DNA of 64,000 bases from the NCBI GenBank assembly GCA_024401895.1, contig JAKSKE010000002.1, positions 373 to 64,372 of the forward strand, written 5' to 3'. Shown here piece after piece: positions 10,077 through 19,499 of the stretch. The translations under genes were made by a program, and so were the position numbers. The notes below the pieces were generated by a model. The model searched no databases. It was not told where the DNA came from and saw nothing but the letters and a program-made list of their open reading frames with translations. Source of the DNA: Bacteroidales bacterium (lineage in GTDB: Bacteria; Bacteroidota; Bacteroidia; Bacteroidales; UBA932). Positions within the stretch are counted from its first letter, which is position 1. Each line of letters begins with the position of its first letter.

Positions 10077-11513
10077 TTATTCTTTCCTGAAGCCGAAGAA
10101 AGAAACTTTACCCTCGCGGTCGATGCCTTCAATATAGATGGCTCTGCTGCTCTTGGCGGCAACCTCGATTACATCCTTTACCGATTTCACTTCCCGGTCG
10201 TTGACATAGCGGATTATGAAATCGTCGGCGGCTCCCGCCTTTGCCATTGCACCGCTGCCTGCCGAAACAATGAGTACTCCGCTCTTCAGACCCGATGCCG
10301 CAAGCTCCTCTTTGGTGAGGTCGCGCAGGCGGGCTCCGTAGAACGCTGTGGTTCCGTCGGCATCGACAACTCCGGTAGCAACGTCTTCGTCAGAAGCGAA
10401 GGTAACTTCGAGTTTCCTGGCCTGCCCGTCCCTGATAACGGTGAGGACGGCTTTGTCGCCGGGATGGAAACCGTTTACCTTTTCCTGAACCGAAGAGGCG
10501 CCCTTTACTGCAGTGCTGTCTATTGCAACCAGCACGTCACCTTTGCGGACGCCGGCTTTGTCGGCTGCTCCTCCCTTCATAACTTCTGCTATATATACGC
10601 CGTCCAAAGAAGAAAGTTTCATTTCTTTGGCAAGTTTATCGGTGACTGCCGTCATAGAGATGCCCAGTTTTGCTCTCTTGACCGAACCGAAGTCGATGAG
10701 GTCTGAAACAATTTTGTTTACGATATTGGAAGGAACGGCGAAAGAATAGCCGGAATACGAGCCGGTCGTTGAAACTATCGCAGTGTTTATACCCACCAGA
10801 AGGCCCTCTTTCGTAACGAGTGCTCCACCGGAATTTCCGGGGTTGACGGCGGCGTCGGTCTGGATGAAGGACTCAATCTTGAATTCCCCGTCGTAATTGG
10901 GCATCGAGCGGCCCTTGGCGCTCACGATACCTGCGGTGATGGTGGAGCGCAGTTCGGCTCCCAGAGGACTGCCTATGGCCAGCACCCATTCTCCGAGACG
11001 GAGCCGGTCGGAGTCGGCGAATTCGAGGAAAGGCAGGCCGTCGGCCTCTATTTTAATGAGAGCCACGTCGGTGGCGGGGTCGGTGCCTATCACCTTTGCC
11101 TCGTAGGTCTTGTTGTTGTTAAGGGTAACCTCCACCTTTGAAGCCTGCGCCACGACGTGGTTGTTTGTAACTATGTAGCCGTCCGGCCTAATTATGACTC
11201 CCGAGCCGCTGCCCTGCTGTTCTCTCTGCTGAGGCATTCCGTCACCGAAGAAGAAACGCAGGAAAGGGTCGTTGGGAATGGCCTGCTGACGGGCCTGGAC
11301 CGTAACCTTTATGTAAACCACCGCATCTACACAATTTTCTGCGGCAAAGGTAAAGTCGGGATAGTCAGACATATTGACATTGACGGCACGGGTCGAACCG
11401 CCCGCGCCCGGATTCTTTTGCTCTGCGGGAGGATTTGCGGCATTCAGAATCCCCCAGGCTGTGACACCGCTCAGGAGCACAGACAAAATGACAGTGAAAA
11501 TTGACTTTTTCAT
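10077..11513 (-). CDS. htrA: Do/DegQ family serine endoprotease (HtrA/DegP)
   Basis: GSGVII, TNNHVV, TDVAL and GNSGG catalytic motifs, two PDZ domains, N-terminal anchor. Confidence 0.93.
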   Translation of the reverse strand: MKKSIFTVILSVLLSGVTAWGILNAANPPAEQKNPGAGGSTRAVNVNMSDYPDFTFAAENCVDAVVYIKVTVQARQQAIPNDPFLRFFFGDGMPQQREQQGSGSGVIIRPDGYIVTNNHVVAQASKVEVTLNNNKTYEAKVIGTDPATDVALIKIEADGLPFLEFADSDRLRLGEWVLAIGSPLGAELRSTITAGIVSAKGRSMPNYDGEFKIESFIQTDAAVNPGNSGGALVTKEGLLVGINTAIVSTTGSYSGYSFAVPSNIVNKIVSDLIDFGSVKRAKLGISMTAVTDKLAKEMKLSSLDGVYIAEVMKGGAADKAGVRKGDVLVAIDSTAVKGASSVQEKVNGFHPGDKAVLTVIRDGQARKLEVTFASDEDVATGVVDADGTTAFYGARLRDLTKEELAASGLKSGVLIVSAGSGAMAKAGAADDFIIRYVNDREVKSVKDVIEVAAKSSRAIYIEGIDREGKVSFFGFRKE

Positions 11514-11560
11514 ATTTATGCACCTATTAATTGTACTTTTGAAAAGCGAAACGCAAAAAG

Positions 11561-11577
11561 GTCAAAACTTATGCCAA
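11561..11577 (-). promoter_or_regulatory. Putative sigma-54 (-24/-12) type promoter TTGGCATAAGTTTTGAC upstream of htrA
   Basis: TGGCA-N6-TTG spacing matches the RpoN consensus; the -12 element reads GA instead of GC. Confidence 0.4.
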
Positions 11578-11595
11578 AGTTCTGAAATAATTTCT

Positions 11596-11603
11596 TATTT
11601 TTG
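11596..11603 (+). promoter_or_regulatory. -7 promoter box (TATTTTTG) for dnaN
   Basis: TAnnTTTG consensus 27 nt before the ATG. Confidence 0.55.
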
Positions 11604-11630
11604 CGAAGTTACTAAAAAGAGAAGAGAATT

Positions 11631-12752
11631 ATGGAATTCAATGTTTCAAGCGCAGAACTGCTTAAAGGACTGATAGACGTTTCAAAGGCCATTCCGGCAA
11701 AATCGCCCCTTCCTATTCTGGAAAATTTCCTCTTTGTGCTCAAGGCTGAAAAGCTGGAAATCACCGCTTCAGACCAGGAGACCACGCTCAGGACAACGGT
11801 AACCGTAGAAAGTACCAAGAGCGAGGGAAGCATAGCCGTACCGGCAAAGCACATCCTTGACCTGCTCAAAGCTCTTCCCGACCAGCCTATTTCAATTAAG
11901 ACAACCTCCGACAGTTCGTTCGAATGCATATGGAGCAACGGTAACTCGTCCCTGCCTTTCTTCCCTGCGGCCGACTACCCCGAAATCAAAGGTGCCCGCG
12001 ACAGCGCACAGACTATAACCTTCCCTGCCAAATCTCTGCTGGAAGGCATCAGCGGCACAATCTACGCTACCGCCGATGACGAAATGAGGCCCGTAATGAA
12101 CGGTATCTACTTCGACATAGACACCGCCCGCACGACCCTGGTGGCTTCCGATTCCCACAAGCTTATATGCTATACCACGTCGGATCCCAAGTCCGAAATC
12201 AATTCTTCGTTCATCCTTCACAAGAAGGCGGCCGCCGTTCTCAAGTCCATTATAGACAAGGCCGAAGGTGACGTGGAAGTGACTTTCGACGAAAGCACCG
12301 TAGTTTTCAAATTCTCCGACACAATGATGGTCTGCCGCCTCGTGGTGGGCAAATATCCCAGATATCGCGAAGTTATTCCCCAGAACAACTCCAACATTCT
12401 CAAGATAGACCGGGCCCTCCTGCTCAATACGGTAAAACGTATCGCAGTTTGTGCCAACAAAGCTTCGAACCATATCAAGTTCGATCTCAAGAACGGTCAG
12501 CTGGAGATTACCGCACAGGACCTCGGGTTTGCAATCGCAGCCTACGAGAAGGTGATTTGCGACTACCGCGGAGAAGACCTCACAATAGGATTCAAGTCTT
12601 CTTTCCTCATTGAAATTCTCGCCAATATGAGCTGCGAGACTCTGGTAATGAAGTTCGCCGACGCCCGCAGGGCAGCCCTCATCGTACCCTCAGAGGAAGA
12701 AGCCGAAAGCGAAAAGATTTGCGGCATCCTGATGCCCATTATGGTATCGTAA
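11631..12752 (+). CDS. dnaN: DNA polymerase III subunit beta
   Basis: LPILENFLF, RPVMNGIYF, GKYPRYREVIP and ILMPI motifs; 373 aa. Confidence 0.96.
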   Translation: MEFNVSSAELLKGLIDVSKAIPAKSPLPILENFLFVLKAEKLEITASDQETTLRTTVTVESTKSEGSIAVPAKHILDLLKALPDQPISIKTTSDSSFECIWSNGNSSLPFFPAADYPEIKGARDSAQTITFPAKSLLEGISGTIYATADDEMRPVMNGIYFDIDTARTTLVASDSHKLICYTTSDPKSEINSSFILHKKAAAVLKSIIDKAEGDVEVTFDESTVVFKFSDTMMVCRLVVGKYPRYREVIPQNNSNILKIDRALLLNTVKRIAVCANKASNHIKFDLKNGQLEITAQDLGFAIAAYEKVICDYRGEDLTIGFKSSFLIEILANMSCETLVMKFADARRAALIVPSEEEAESEKICGILMPIMVS

Positions 12753-12761
12753 TTTCAAGTT

Positions 12762-13643
12762 ATGGAACTTAATTTAACAAGGCCTCTGCTCTTTTTCGAC
12801 ATAGAGAGCACAGGCCTCAGCATTACGTCGGACTGTATTATTGAACTGAGCTTCGTGAAAGTTTTTCCCGGAGGCGAGCAGCGCATCAAGACCTGGAAGG
12901 TGCTTCCCTGGGACTATGCCGCAAACAGGCAGAAACCCATAGACCCCAGGGCATCGGAAGTGAACGGCGTCAAGGACGAGGATCTGGTGGGATGCCCCCG
13001 ATTCTCCGACATTGTGGAAGAAGTGGCCCAATGGCTTGAAGATGCCGACCTGGCCGGCTTCAACTCCGGAAAATTCGACCTTCCTATGCTGGCCGAGGAG
13101 ATGGAGAGAGCCGCCGTGTATGCCGGAAAGAAAGTGAACGTGAATCTGCACGAGAAGAAAATGGTGGACGTCCAGACCATCTACCACTATATGGAGCCCC
13201 GCAACCTCAAGGCGGCCTACCGTTTCTATTGCGGAGGCCGCGACTTCGAGAACGCCCATACCGCCGAGGCCGACACCATAGCCACTTACGAAGTCCTCAA
13301 GGGACAGTTGGACCGCTATGGAGACGAACTGAAGAACGACATTGACTTTCTCTCCAAGGTAGGCGGGCGTTCCCGCAACGTAGATTATGCCGGAAGGCTG
13401 ATTTACAACGAGCAGGGAGAAGCTGTGGTGAACTTCGGAAAGCACAAGGACAAGACGGCCCGTAAGGTTTATGAGACCGAGCCTTCCTATTTTGCCTGGA
13501 TTCAGAACGGCGATTTCACCCTGGACACCAAGGCTCAGTTCGCCAGACTTGCAGCCCGGTTCAGGAACGAACCTCCCAAGCCTGCAAGTGAGAAGCAATT
13601 GGAGGACCTGGCCGCCAGATTCAACGAAGGCCGACTGTTTTGA
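12762..13643 (+). CDS. dnaQ: DEDDh 3'-5' exonuclease (DNA polymerase III epsilon-like)
   Basis: FFDIESTG, GFNSGKFD and AHTAEADT motifs; directly after dnaN. Confidence 0.85.
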   Translation: MELNLTRPLLFFDIESTGLSITSDCIIELSFVKVFPGGEQRIKTWKVLPWDYAANRQKPIDPRASEVNGVKDEDLVGCPRFSDIVEEVAQWLEDADLAGFNSGKFDLPMLAEEMERAAVYAGKKVNVNLHEKKMVDVQTIYHYMEPRNLKAAYRFYCGGRDFENAHTAEADTIATYEVLKGQLDRYGDELKNDIDFLSKVGGRSRNVDYAGRLIYNEQGEAVVNFGKHKDKTARKVYETEPSYFAWIQNGDFTLDTKAQFARLAARFRNEPPKPASEKQLEDLAARFNEGRLF

Positions 13644-14197
13644 ACATCCTGGTAAAGACATACGATGGCAACATAGTATTCCGCCCCGAGACCACCTGGA
13701 AACGGGGCGATGACTGTGTGTACCTGCCCGAATTCATAGACAGCGTAGAGGCCGCACCGGTAGTTTTCGTGCGAATCTGCAAGTCGGGCCGCAGCGTGGG
13801 CCGGCAGTTTGCCACCCGGTATTACGACGCCGTAGGCTACGGGATGCTGCTGTACCCGACAGAACTCCTGAACAGCGGCCCGGAGGGTTTTGCCAGCGCC
13901 TGCTGCCTGGACCATACTTCCTTCCTTTCCCTGCCCTGCCTGGACCGGATGAGCCTTGGCGACGGGGAACTTTGCATTGCAAAAGGGTCTGAAATACAGC
14001 GGTACAAGGCTCCCGGAGCCGGGGAAATCGAGGACGCAATCGAGTTTGCCACCCGTTTCTGTTACATAAGGACCGGAGACTTCCTGGCCGTGGAACTGGA
14101 AAAAAGAAAGCCGCTGTGCAACCGACAGCAGCCTTCTACCCTTGTTGTTGGAAGTTACGGAGGGTATCCCCTCTTTGACTTCACAGTCAATTTCTAA
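13640..14197 (+). CDS. Degenerate fumarylacetoacetate hydrolase-like protein
   Basis: FAH-fold remnants (VRICKSGRSV...FATRYYDAVG, IRTGD); 4-bp overlap with the dnaQ stop. Confidence 0.6.
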   Translation: MNILVKTYDGNIVFRPETTWKRGDDCVYLPEFIDSVEAAPVVFVRICKSGRSVGRQFATRYYDAVGYGMLLYPTELLNSGPEGFASACCLDHTSFLSLPCLDRMSLGDGELCIAKGSEIQRYKAPGAGEIEDAIEFATRFCYIRTGDFLAVELEKRKPLCNRQQPSTLVVGSYGGYPLFDFTVNF

Positions 14198-14198
14198 G

Positions 14199-14271
14199 AG
14201 CCACTCACGAGGCTCGAACTCGCGACCTGCGCGTTACGAATGCGCTGCTCTACCGACTGAGCTAAAGTGGC
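14199..14271 (-). tRNA. tRNA-Thr(CGT)
   Basis: GCCACTTTAGCTCAGTCGGTAGAGCAGCGCATTCGTAACGCGCAGGTCGCGAGTTCGAGCCTCGTGAGTGGCT forms a cloverleaf with anticodon CGT. CCA is not encoded. Own TAAATTTG box at 14282-14289. Confidence 0.95.
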
Positions 14272-14302
14272 AATTGGGGTGCAAATTTAATAAAATTTTC
14301 TA

Positions 14303-15664
14303 TTATTTCAACTTCCCCATAAAAGCTTTGGCGGCACTTTGTCCGGCAAGAGCCCCGGTGCAGAAAGCCGACTGCAGGTTGTATCCGCCGGTGTCGCAGT
14401 CGACATCCAGAATTTCTCCACAGAAGTACAGTCCCTCCACGAGGCGGGAAGACATTGTCTTGGAAACAAGTTCATCCAGCGATACGCCTCCGGCGGTAAC
14501 CACCGCCCTTTCGTAACCTACGTATCCGGCAATGTCGAACCTCCATTCCTTGAGGGCCTTGGCTATGCTCACCAGGTTTATCCAGAGTTTGGTGTCGGCA
14601 CGCCCCTTCCGTTCCAGGGTCATTATTTGCGGATTCAGGGCCGAAAATGCGGGAATCAGCTCCCAGGGCATAAATTTCCCAAGCAGAATCCGGCATTTCT
14701 CCTTCTCCCGGACTCCACGGCTCCGGGGGTCGTGGTCGATTGAGGTCCACAGTTCCTTGACTCTGGCGGTGAGTTCGGAAAGTTCAACTCCCGGCTTCAT
14801 ATCCAGGATCAGGGCGACACGGGACCCGTTAATGAGGGTCTTTACCGCCTTGCGGCTGAGCTGGAAGCCCAGAGGGCCTTCGATTCCTCCGTCGGTGAAG
14901 TCTATGTCGCCGAACTCGCTTTCAACCACAGTGCCTTCGACCTCAAGTGCCAGGCCTATGTTCTTGAGCTGGATGCCGCAGAGTTTTTCTCCCGCTTCGG
15001 TGAGCGGGGTGCTGCGGTCGATATGGCCGGTGCCTTCCTTATAGCCCCGGGGCACAAGGGCGGTGAGCGACGGAAAGGTGGGCGTTACCTTGTGCCCGCA
15101 CTGCCGTGCCCAGCGGAACCCGTCGCCGGTGCTTCCGGTAGAAGGGTAGCTGAGGCCGCCTGTAGCCACTATGAGCGAGTCTGAAAGGTAGTTGCGGCCG
15201 TCGGCAAGGGAAATGCAGAACCGTCCGTTCTTTACCTCAACGTCGTCGACCGGAGCGTCGCATTCGATGCGCACGCCCAGGCCGTTGCAGGCATTCACCA
15301 GCGTGTCAACCACCTCGGAAGCGTGATACGACCTGGGGAAAGCACGGTCGCCCCGCTCCACAACCGTCTTCATTCCGTTCTCTTCAAAGAAATCGATGAC
15401 CTTCGAAGACGGAAGGTTGTAAAAGGCGTTCTTCACGAAATGGGCGCCGTTGCGTATATGGGGACAGAAGTCATTCCATTCCTTGAGATTGGTGAAATTG
15501 CACCGGCCCTTCCCTGTTATCATAACCTTCCGGGCCGGACGCGGCATTTTCTCCAGCACCGTAATCATTGCGTCGCTGCCCTGTTCCCTGAGGTAACGCG
15601 CCGCGCTGTAAGCTGCCATAAGGCCCGATGCGCCGCCGCCTATTACTACAATTTCTGACTTCAT
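14303..15664 (-). CDS. HI0933/YhiN family flavoprotein oxidoreductase
   Basis: GGGASG, TGKGRCNFTN, ATGGLSYPSTGSTGDG and GGYNLQ motifs. Confidence 0.9.
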   Translation of the reverse strand: MKSEIVVIGGGASGLMAAYSAARYLREQGSDAMITVLEKMPRPARKVMITGKGRCNFTNLKEWNDFCPHIRNGAHFVKNAFYNLPSSKVIDFFEENGMKTVVERGDRAFPRSYHASEVVDTLVNACNGLGVRIECDAPVDDVEVKNGRFCISLADGRNYLSDSLIVATGGLSYPSTGSTGDGFRWARQCGHKVTPTFPSLTALVPRGYKEGTGHIDRSTPLTEAGEKLCGIQLKNIGLALEVEGTVVESEFGDIDFTDGGIEGPLGFQLSRKAVKTLINGSRVALILDMKPGVELSELTARVKELWTSIDHDPRSRGVREKEKCRILLGKFMPWELIPAFSALNPQIMTLERKGRADTKLWINLVSIAKALKEWRFDIAGYVGYERAVVTAGGVSLDELVSKTMSSRLVEGLYFCGEILDVDCDTGGYNLQSAFCTGALAGQSAAKAFMGKLK

Positions 15665-15681
15665 AGCGTTAAAACAAAAAA

Positions 15682-15779
15682 GGGAAAGCTTAGCACATCG
15701 CACCGCTACAACCTCCTACCCTTGCTTCGGTCAAGACCTGGGGGAATTCAGAGGGAGCTGGTCGTGTACGACTTTCCCG
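15682..15779 (-). ncRNA. ffs: Signal recognition particle RNA (small bacterial SRP)
   Basis: About 98-nt hairpin closed by GGGAAAG/CTTTCCC with domain IV CAGG...AGCA; TAATTTTG box at 15783-15790 upstream and a T-tract downstream. Confidence 0.88.
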
Positions 15780-15837
15780 CGGCAAAATTAGAAAAGATTA
15801 TTAAAAAATCCAATTTTTCACTATCTTTACACTCTAT

Positions 15838-16914
15838 ATGTACACTTTACAGAAAGTGATAGCGCGACTCAACGACACACACCGTCTCAACGCTCCGGAA
15901 TACAGGCAACTGCTTCTCGATGACGATGCGCGGAATGACCACCTCCTGCATTCCCTGGCAAGGGATGCCGCACTTTCTGTATTCGGCAACGGAATATTTC
16001 TGAGAGGGCTCATAGAAGTGGGCAATCACTGCCGCAACAACTGCCTCTACTGCGGAATCCGTTACGGCAACCCGAACGTGCGGCGCTACCGCCTGAGCCG
16101 GGAAGAAATCCTGAAATGCTGCGCGCAAGGATATTCGCTCGGGTTCAGGACATTCGTCCTGCAGGGAGGAGAGGATGCGGCTATGAGCGACGAATGGCTC
16201 GAAGGCCTCATACGTTCCATAAAGGAAGCTTTCCCCGACTGTGCGCTTACCCTGTCCCTCGGAGAGAAATCGGAAGATTCCTACCGTACTCTCAAAGCGG
16301 CCGGGGCCGACCGCTACCTGCTTCGGCACGAAACCTTCAACCCCGGTCACTATGCCCGCCTGCATCCGGAAGAAATGTCCCGGGACAACCGTCTGGCCTG
16401 CATTGCGGCGCTCAAGCGCACAGGGTATCAGACCGGAACCGGAATTATGGTCGGCAGTCCCTGGCAAACGGTTGACGACATTGTAGAAGATCTTCTTTAT
16501 ATTCAGGAACTTCATCCCGAAATGATAGGCATAGGGCCTTTCATCCACCATAAGGACACTCCCCTTGGGGATATGCCCGACGGCAGCGTGGATATGTGCA
16601 TCAAGCTCATTTCAATTTTCCGGCTTATGAACAACCGGGCGCTCATTCCCGCAACCACCGCGCTCGCCACCCTGGATCCCGAAGGAAGGAAGAAGGGGAT
16701 TCTGGCCGGAGCCAACGTGGTAATGCCCAACCTCTCCCCTGCCTGCGTACGCGGGAATTATGCCCTTTACGAAGACAAGGCTCACAGCGGAGCCGAATCG
16801 GCCGAAGGGCTCGACGAACTGAAGAAAGAATTGCAAAGCATAGGATACGATATAGTTATAAGCCGGGGAGACTATCCCGGTGACAATAATGACAAGGAAA
16901 AATGTATAATGTAA
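15838..16914 (+). CDS. hydE: [FeFe]-hydrogenase H-cluster radical SAM maturase HydE
   Basis: CRNNCLYC, RYLLRHET, IPATTAL and GANVVMPN motifs; adjacent to hydG and hydF. Confidence 0.93.
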   Translation: MYTLQKVIARLNDTHRLNAPEYRQLLLDDDARNDHLLHSLARDAALSVFGNGIFLRGLIEVGNHCRNNCLYCGIRYGNPNVRRYRLSREEILKCCAQGYSLGFRTFVLQGGEDAAMSDEWLEGLIRSIKEAFPDCALTLSLGEKSEDSYRTLKAAGADRYLLRHETFNPGHYARLHPEEMSRDNRLACIAALKRTGYQTGTGIMVGSPWQTVDDIVEDLLYIQELHPEMIGIGPFIHHKDTPLGDMPDGSVDMCIKLISIFRLMNNRALIPATTALATLDPEGRKKGILAGANVVMPNLSPACVRGNYALYEDKAHSGAESAEGLDELKKELQSIGYDIVISRGDYPGDNNDKEKCIM

Positions 16915-18317
16915 AGTCTCATAAAGCGGAAGAATTCATCGACGACGTAGAGATAAAAGAGACTCTGGAATACGCCGCGGCAAACAGGGACAACCGGGCT
17001 CTCATAGAGAGCATCCTGGACAAGGCTGCCCTATGCAAAGGACTTACACACAGGGAAGCGGCAGTGCTCCTGGACTGTAATATTCCCGACCTGGTGGAAA
17101 GGACTTTCCGCCTGGCCGAAGAAATAAAGAAAAAACTTTACGGCAACCGCATAGTGATGTTTGCGCCGCTGTACCTGTCGAACTACTGCGTCAACGGCTG
17201 CATCTATTGCCCCTATCACGCAAAGAACAGGCACATTCCCAGGAAAAAACTCACTCAGGAAGAAATCGTACGGGAAGTTACTGCCCTGCAGGATATGGGA
17301 CACAAGAGGCTTGCCCTCGAGCTTGGGGAGCACCCCGTTGAGAATCCCATAGAATATGTCCTGGAATCCATCAGAACCATCTATGGCATACACCACCGGA
17401 ACGGAGACATTCGCAGGGTCAACGTTAACATTGCGGCCACGACTGTCCAGAATTACCGCAAGCTCCGCGACGCCGGAATAGGAACCTACATTCTGTTCCA
17501 GGAAACGTACGACAAGCAGAAATACCAGATGCTGCATCCCACAGGGCCGAAGAGCGACTACGCCTACCACACCGAGGCCATGGACCGGGCCCGTGAAGGC
17601 GGCATAGACGATATGGGTATCGGGGTACTCTTCGGGCTCTCCGGCTACCGTTACGACTTTGTAGGCCTTATGATGCACGCCGAACATATGGAGGCCGCCC
17701 TCGGGGTAGGTCCTCATACCATAAGCGTTCCGCGCATCCGTCCGGCGGACGACGTGAATCCCGACGAATTTTCAGATGCCGTGCCGGATGACAAATTCCT
17801 GCACATAGTGGCCGCCATCCGCTGTGCGGTACCCTATACTGGTATGATAATCTCTACCCGGGAGTCGAGCAAAGTGAGGGAAAAGGTGCTGGATTTGGGA
17901 ATCTCCCAGATTAGCGGAGCCTCCAGGACCAGTGTGGGAGGATATACCGAACCGGAGCGCGACGAAGATACGGCGCAGTTCGACCTAGCCGACAAACGCA
18001 GTCTGGACGAGGTGGTGAAGTGGCTCATAGAACTGGGGTATATTCCAAGTTTCTGCACTGCCTGCTACCGAGCCGGCAGAACGGGAGAACGGTTTATGAA
18101 AATCTGCAAGAGCGGGAAAATCCAGGACTGCTGTACCCCCAATGCCCTGCTCACCCTGAAGGAATACCTGCTGGACTACGCCTCCCCCGACACTATGAAA
18201 GCCGGAGATGAGCTCATTCGCAGGGAAATTGAAAAGATAGAAAACGAAGCATTGCGCGCTTCCCTCAAACGGGACATTGCAAGCCTAGAGGCAGGGAAAC
18301 GCGACCTGCGATACTAA
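16902..18317 (+). CDS. hydG: [FeFe]-hydrogenase H-cluster radical SAM maturase HydG
   Basis: FAPLYLSNYCVNGCIYC and a C-terminal CTACYR...CC auxiliary cluster motif. Confidence 0.95.
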   Translation: MYNVKSHKAEEFIDDVEIKETLEYAAANRDNRALIESILDKAALCKGLTHREAAVLLDCNIPDLVERTFRLAEEIKKKLYGNRIVMFAPLYLSNYCVNGCIYCPYHAKNRHIPRKKLTQEEIVREVTALQDMGHKRLALELGEHPVENPIEYVLESIRTIYGIHHRNGDIRRVNVNIAATTVQNYRKLRDAGIGTYILFQETYDKQKYQMLHPTGPKSDYAYHTEAMDRAREGGIDDMGIGVLFGLSGYRYDFVGLMMHAEHMEAALGVGPHTISVPRIRPADDVNPDEFSDAVPDDKFLHIVAAIRCAVPYTGMIISTRESSKVREKVLDLGISQISGASRTSVGGYTEPERDEDTAQFDLADKRSLDEVVKWLIELGYIPSFCTACYRAGRTGERFMKICKSGKIQDCCTPNALLTLKEYLLDYASPDTMKAGDELIRREIEKIENEALRASLKRDIASLEAGKRDLRY

Positions 18318-18322
18318 AGAAT

Positions 18323-19483
18323 ATGATACAGACTCCGGAATCACAGCGCCTGCATATTGTGCTGGCGGGCAACAGGAACAGCGGAAAATCTTCGCTGCTC
18401 AACGCCGTTGCCGGGCAGCAGACGGCCATTGTTTCCGACATTCCCGGCACCACCACCGACAAGGTTTCCAAGGCTATGGAAATACCCGGTCTGGGGCCCT
18501 GCGTCATAATAGATACGGCCGGTCTGGATGACCGCGGAGAACTGGGCCGGAAGCGCATTGGCGGCAGTGCCGATGCCTTGAAGTCGGCCGACATTGTGCT
18601 GGCAGTGCTGGACGCCTCGACCAGGGATATTCCGCAGCTGCCCGCACTTTCCGTTCCCGTACTGCCGGTAATAAACAAGTCTGACCTTTGCGAAGGGGCT
18701 AAGCTGGAAGCCTTTAAAATTGAAGCGGAGGAGGCATTCGGGCGCGGCGCAACCGTTACAAACGCATTGGACCGCAATGGAATAGAAGCCCTCATACAAG
18801 CAGTACGGGAAGCTGTCCCCGAAGACTGGGACGCACCGTTGCTTACGGCAGGGCTGCTCAATGAAGGCGAACTCGCCGTACTGGTTATGCCTCAGGACCG
18901 GCAGGCGCCGAAAGGCCGGCTCATACTCCCCCAGCAGCAGACAATCCGCGAACTGCTGGACCGCAAATGCCGCATAGTATGCTGCGACCCCGACACTCTG
19001 CCGGCAGCCCTCGACTCGCTGAAGGAAACGCCCAAAGCAATCATTGCCGACTCGCAGGTACTGGGAAAGATCCGGGACCTCAAGCCGTCGGGCACGGTTC
19101 TCACCTCTTTCTCGATTCTGCTGGCGGCGGCGAAGGGAGACATCGAATATTTCAAGGACGGTGCAAAAGCGATAGACAGGCTCAGCCCGCAGTCGCGCGT
19201 GCTCATAGCCGAAGCCTGCACGCACGTTCCCGCTTCGGAGGATATAGGGCGGGTAAAGATTCCGGCGCTGCTCCGTTCGCGCGTGGGAGACACTCTCGGG
19301 GTTGACGTTGTGAGCGGACGGGACTTTCCCCGGGACCTCAGCGGATATGACCTGGTGATACATTGCGGAGCCTGTATGTTCAACCGCCGTTACGTGCTCG
19401 CCCGAGTGCAACAGGCGAAAGAGCAGGGGGTTCCTATGACCAACTACGGCGTTACAATAGCATATTTGAAAAACTTGTTATAA
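18323..19483 (+). CDS. hydF: [FeFe]-hydrogenase maturation GTPase HydF
   Basis: GNRNSGKS, DTAG, NKSD, EACTH and HCGACM motifs. Confidence 0.94.
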   Translation: MIQTPESQRLHIVLAGNRNSGKSSLLNAVAGQQTAIVSDIPGTTTDKVSKAMEIPGLGPCVIIDTAGLDDRGELGRKRIGGSADALKSADIVLAVLDASTRDIPQLPALSVPVLPVINKSDLCEGAKLEAFKIEAEEAFGRGATVTNALDRNGIEALIQAVREAVPEDWDAPLLTAGLLNEGELAVLVMPQDRQAPKGRLILPQQQTIRELLDRKCRIVCCDPDTLPAALDSLKETPKAIIADSQVLGKIRDLKPSGTVLTSFSILLAAAKGDIEYFKDGAKAIDRLSPQSRVLIAEACTHVPASEDIGRVKIPALLRSRVGDTLGVDVVSGRDFPRDLSGYDLVIHCGACMFNRRYVLARVQQAKEQGVPMTNYGVTIAYLKNLL

Positions 19484-19499
19484 TTATAATACTGGTAAA

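Noticed and set aside
14199-14271. tRNA-Thr as an integration site for a genomic island
   Set aside because: No integrase, no duplicated tRNA 3' end and no obvious compositional shift; the flanks are housekeeping genes.
15682-15779. Riboswitch or leader of the downstream flavoprotein gene
   Set aside because: The long hairpin with the CAGG/AGCA internal loop and its own promoter fits SRP RNA better.
19478-19489. TTATAATTATAA palindrome between hydF and hydB as a Rex/Fur-type operator
   Set aside because: Purely AT, overlaps the hydF stop, does not match the Rex consensus and has no adjacent consensus promoter box.
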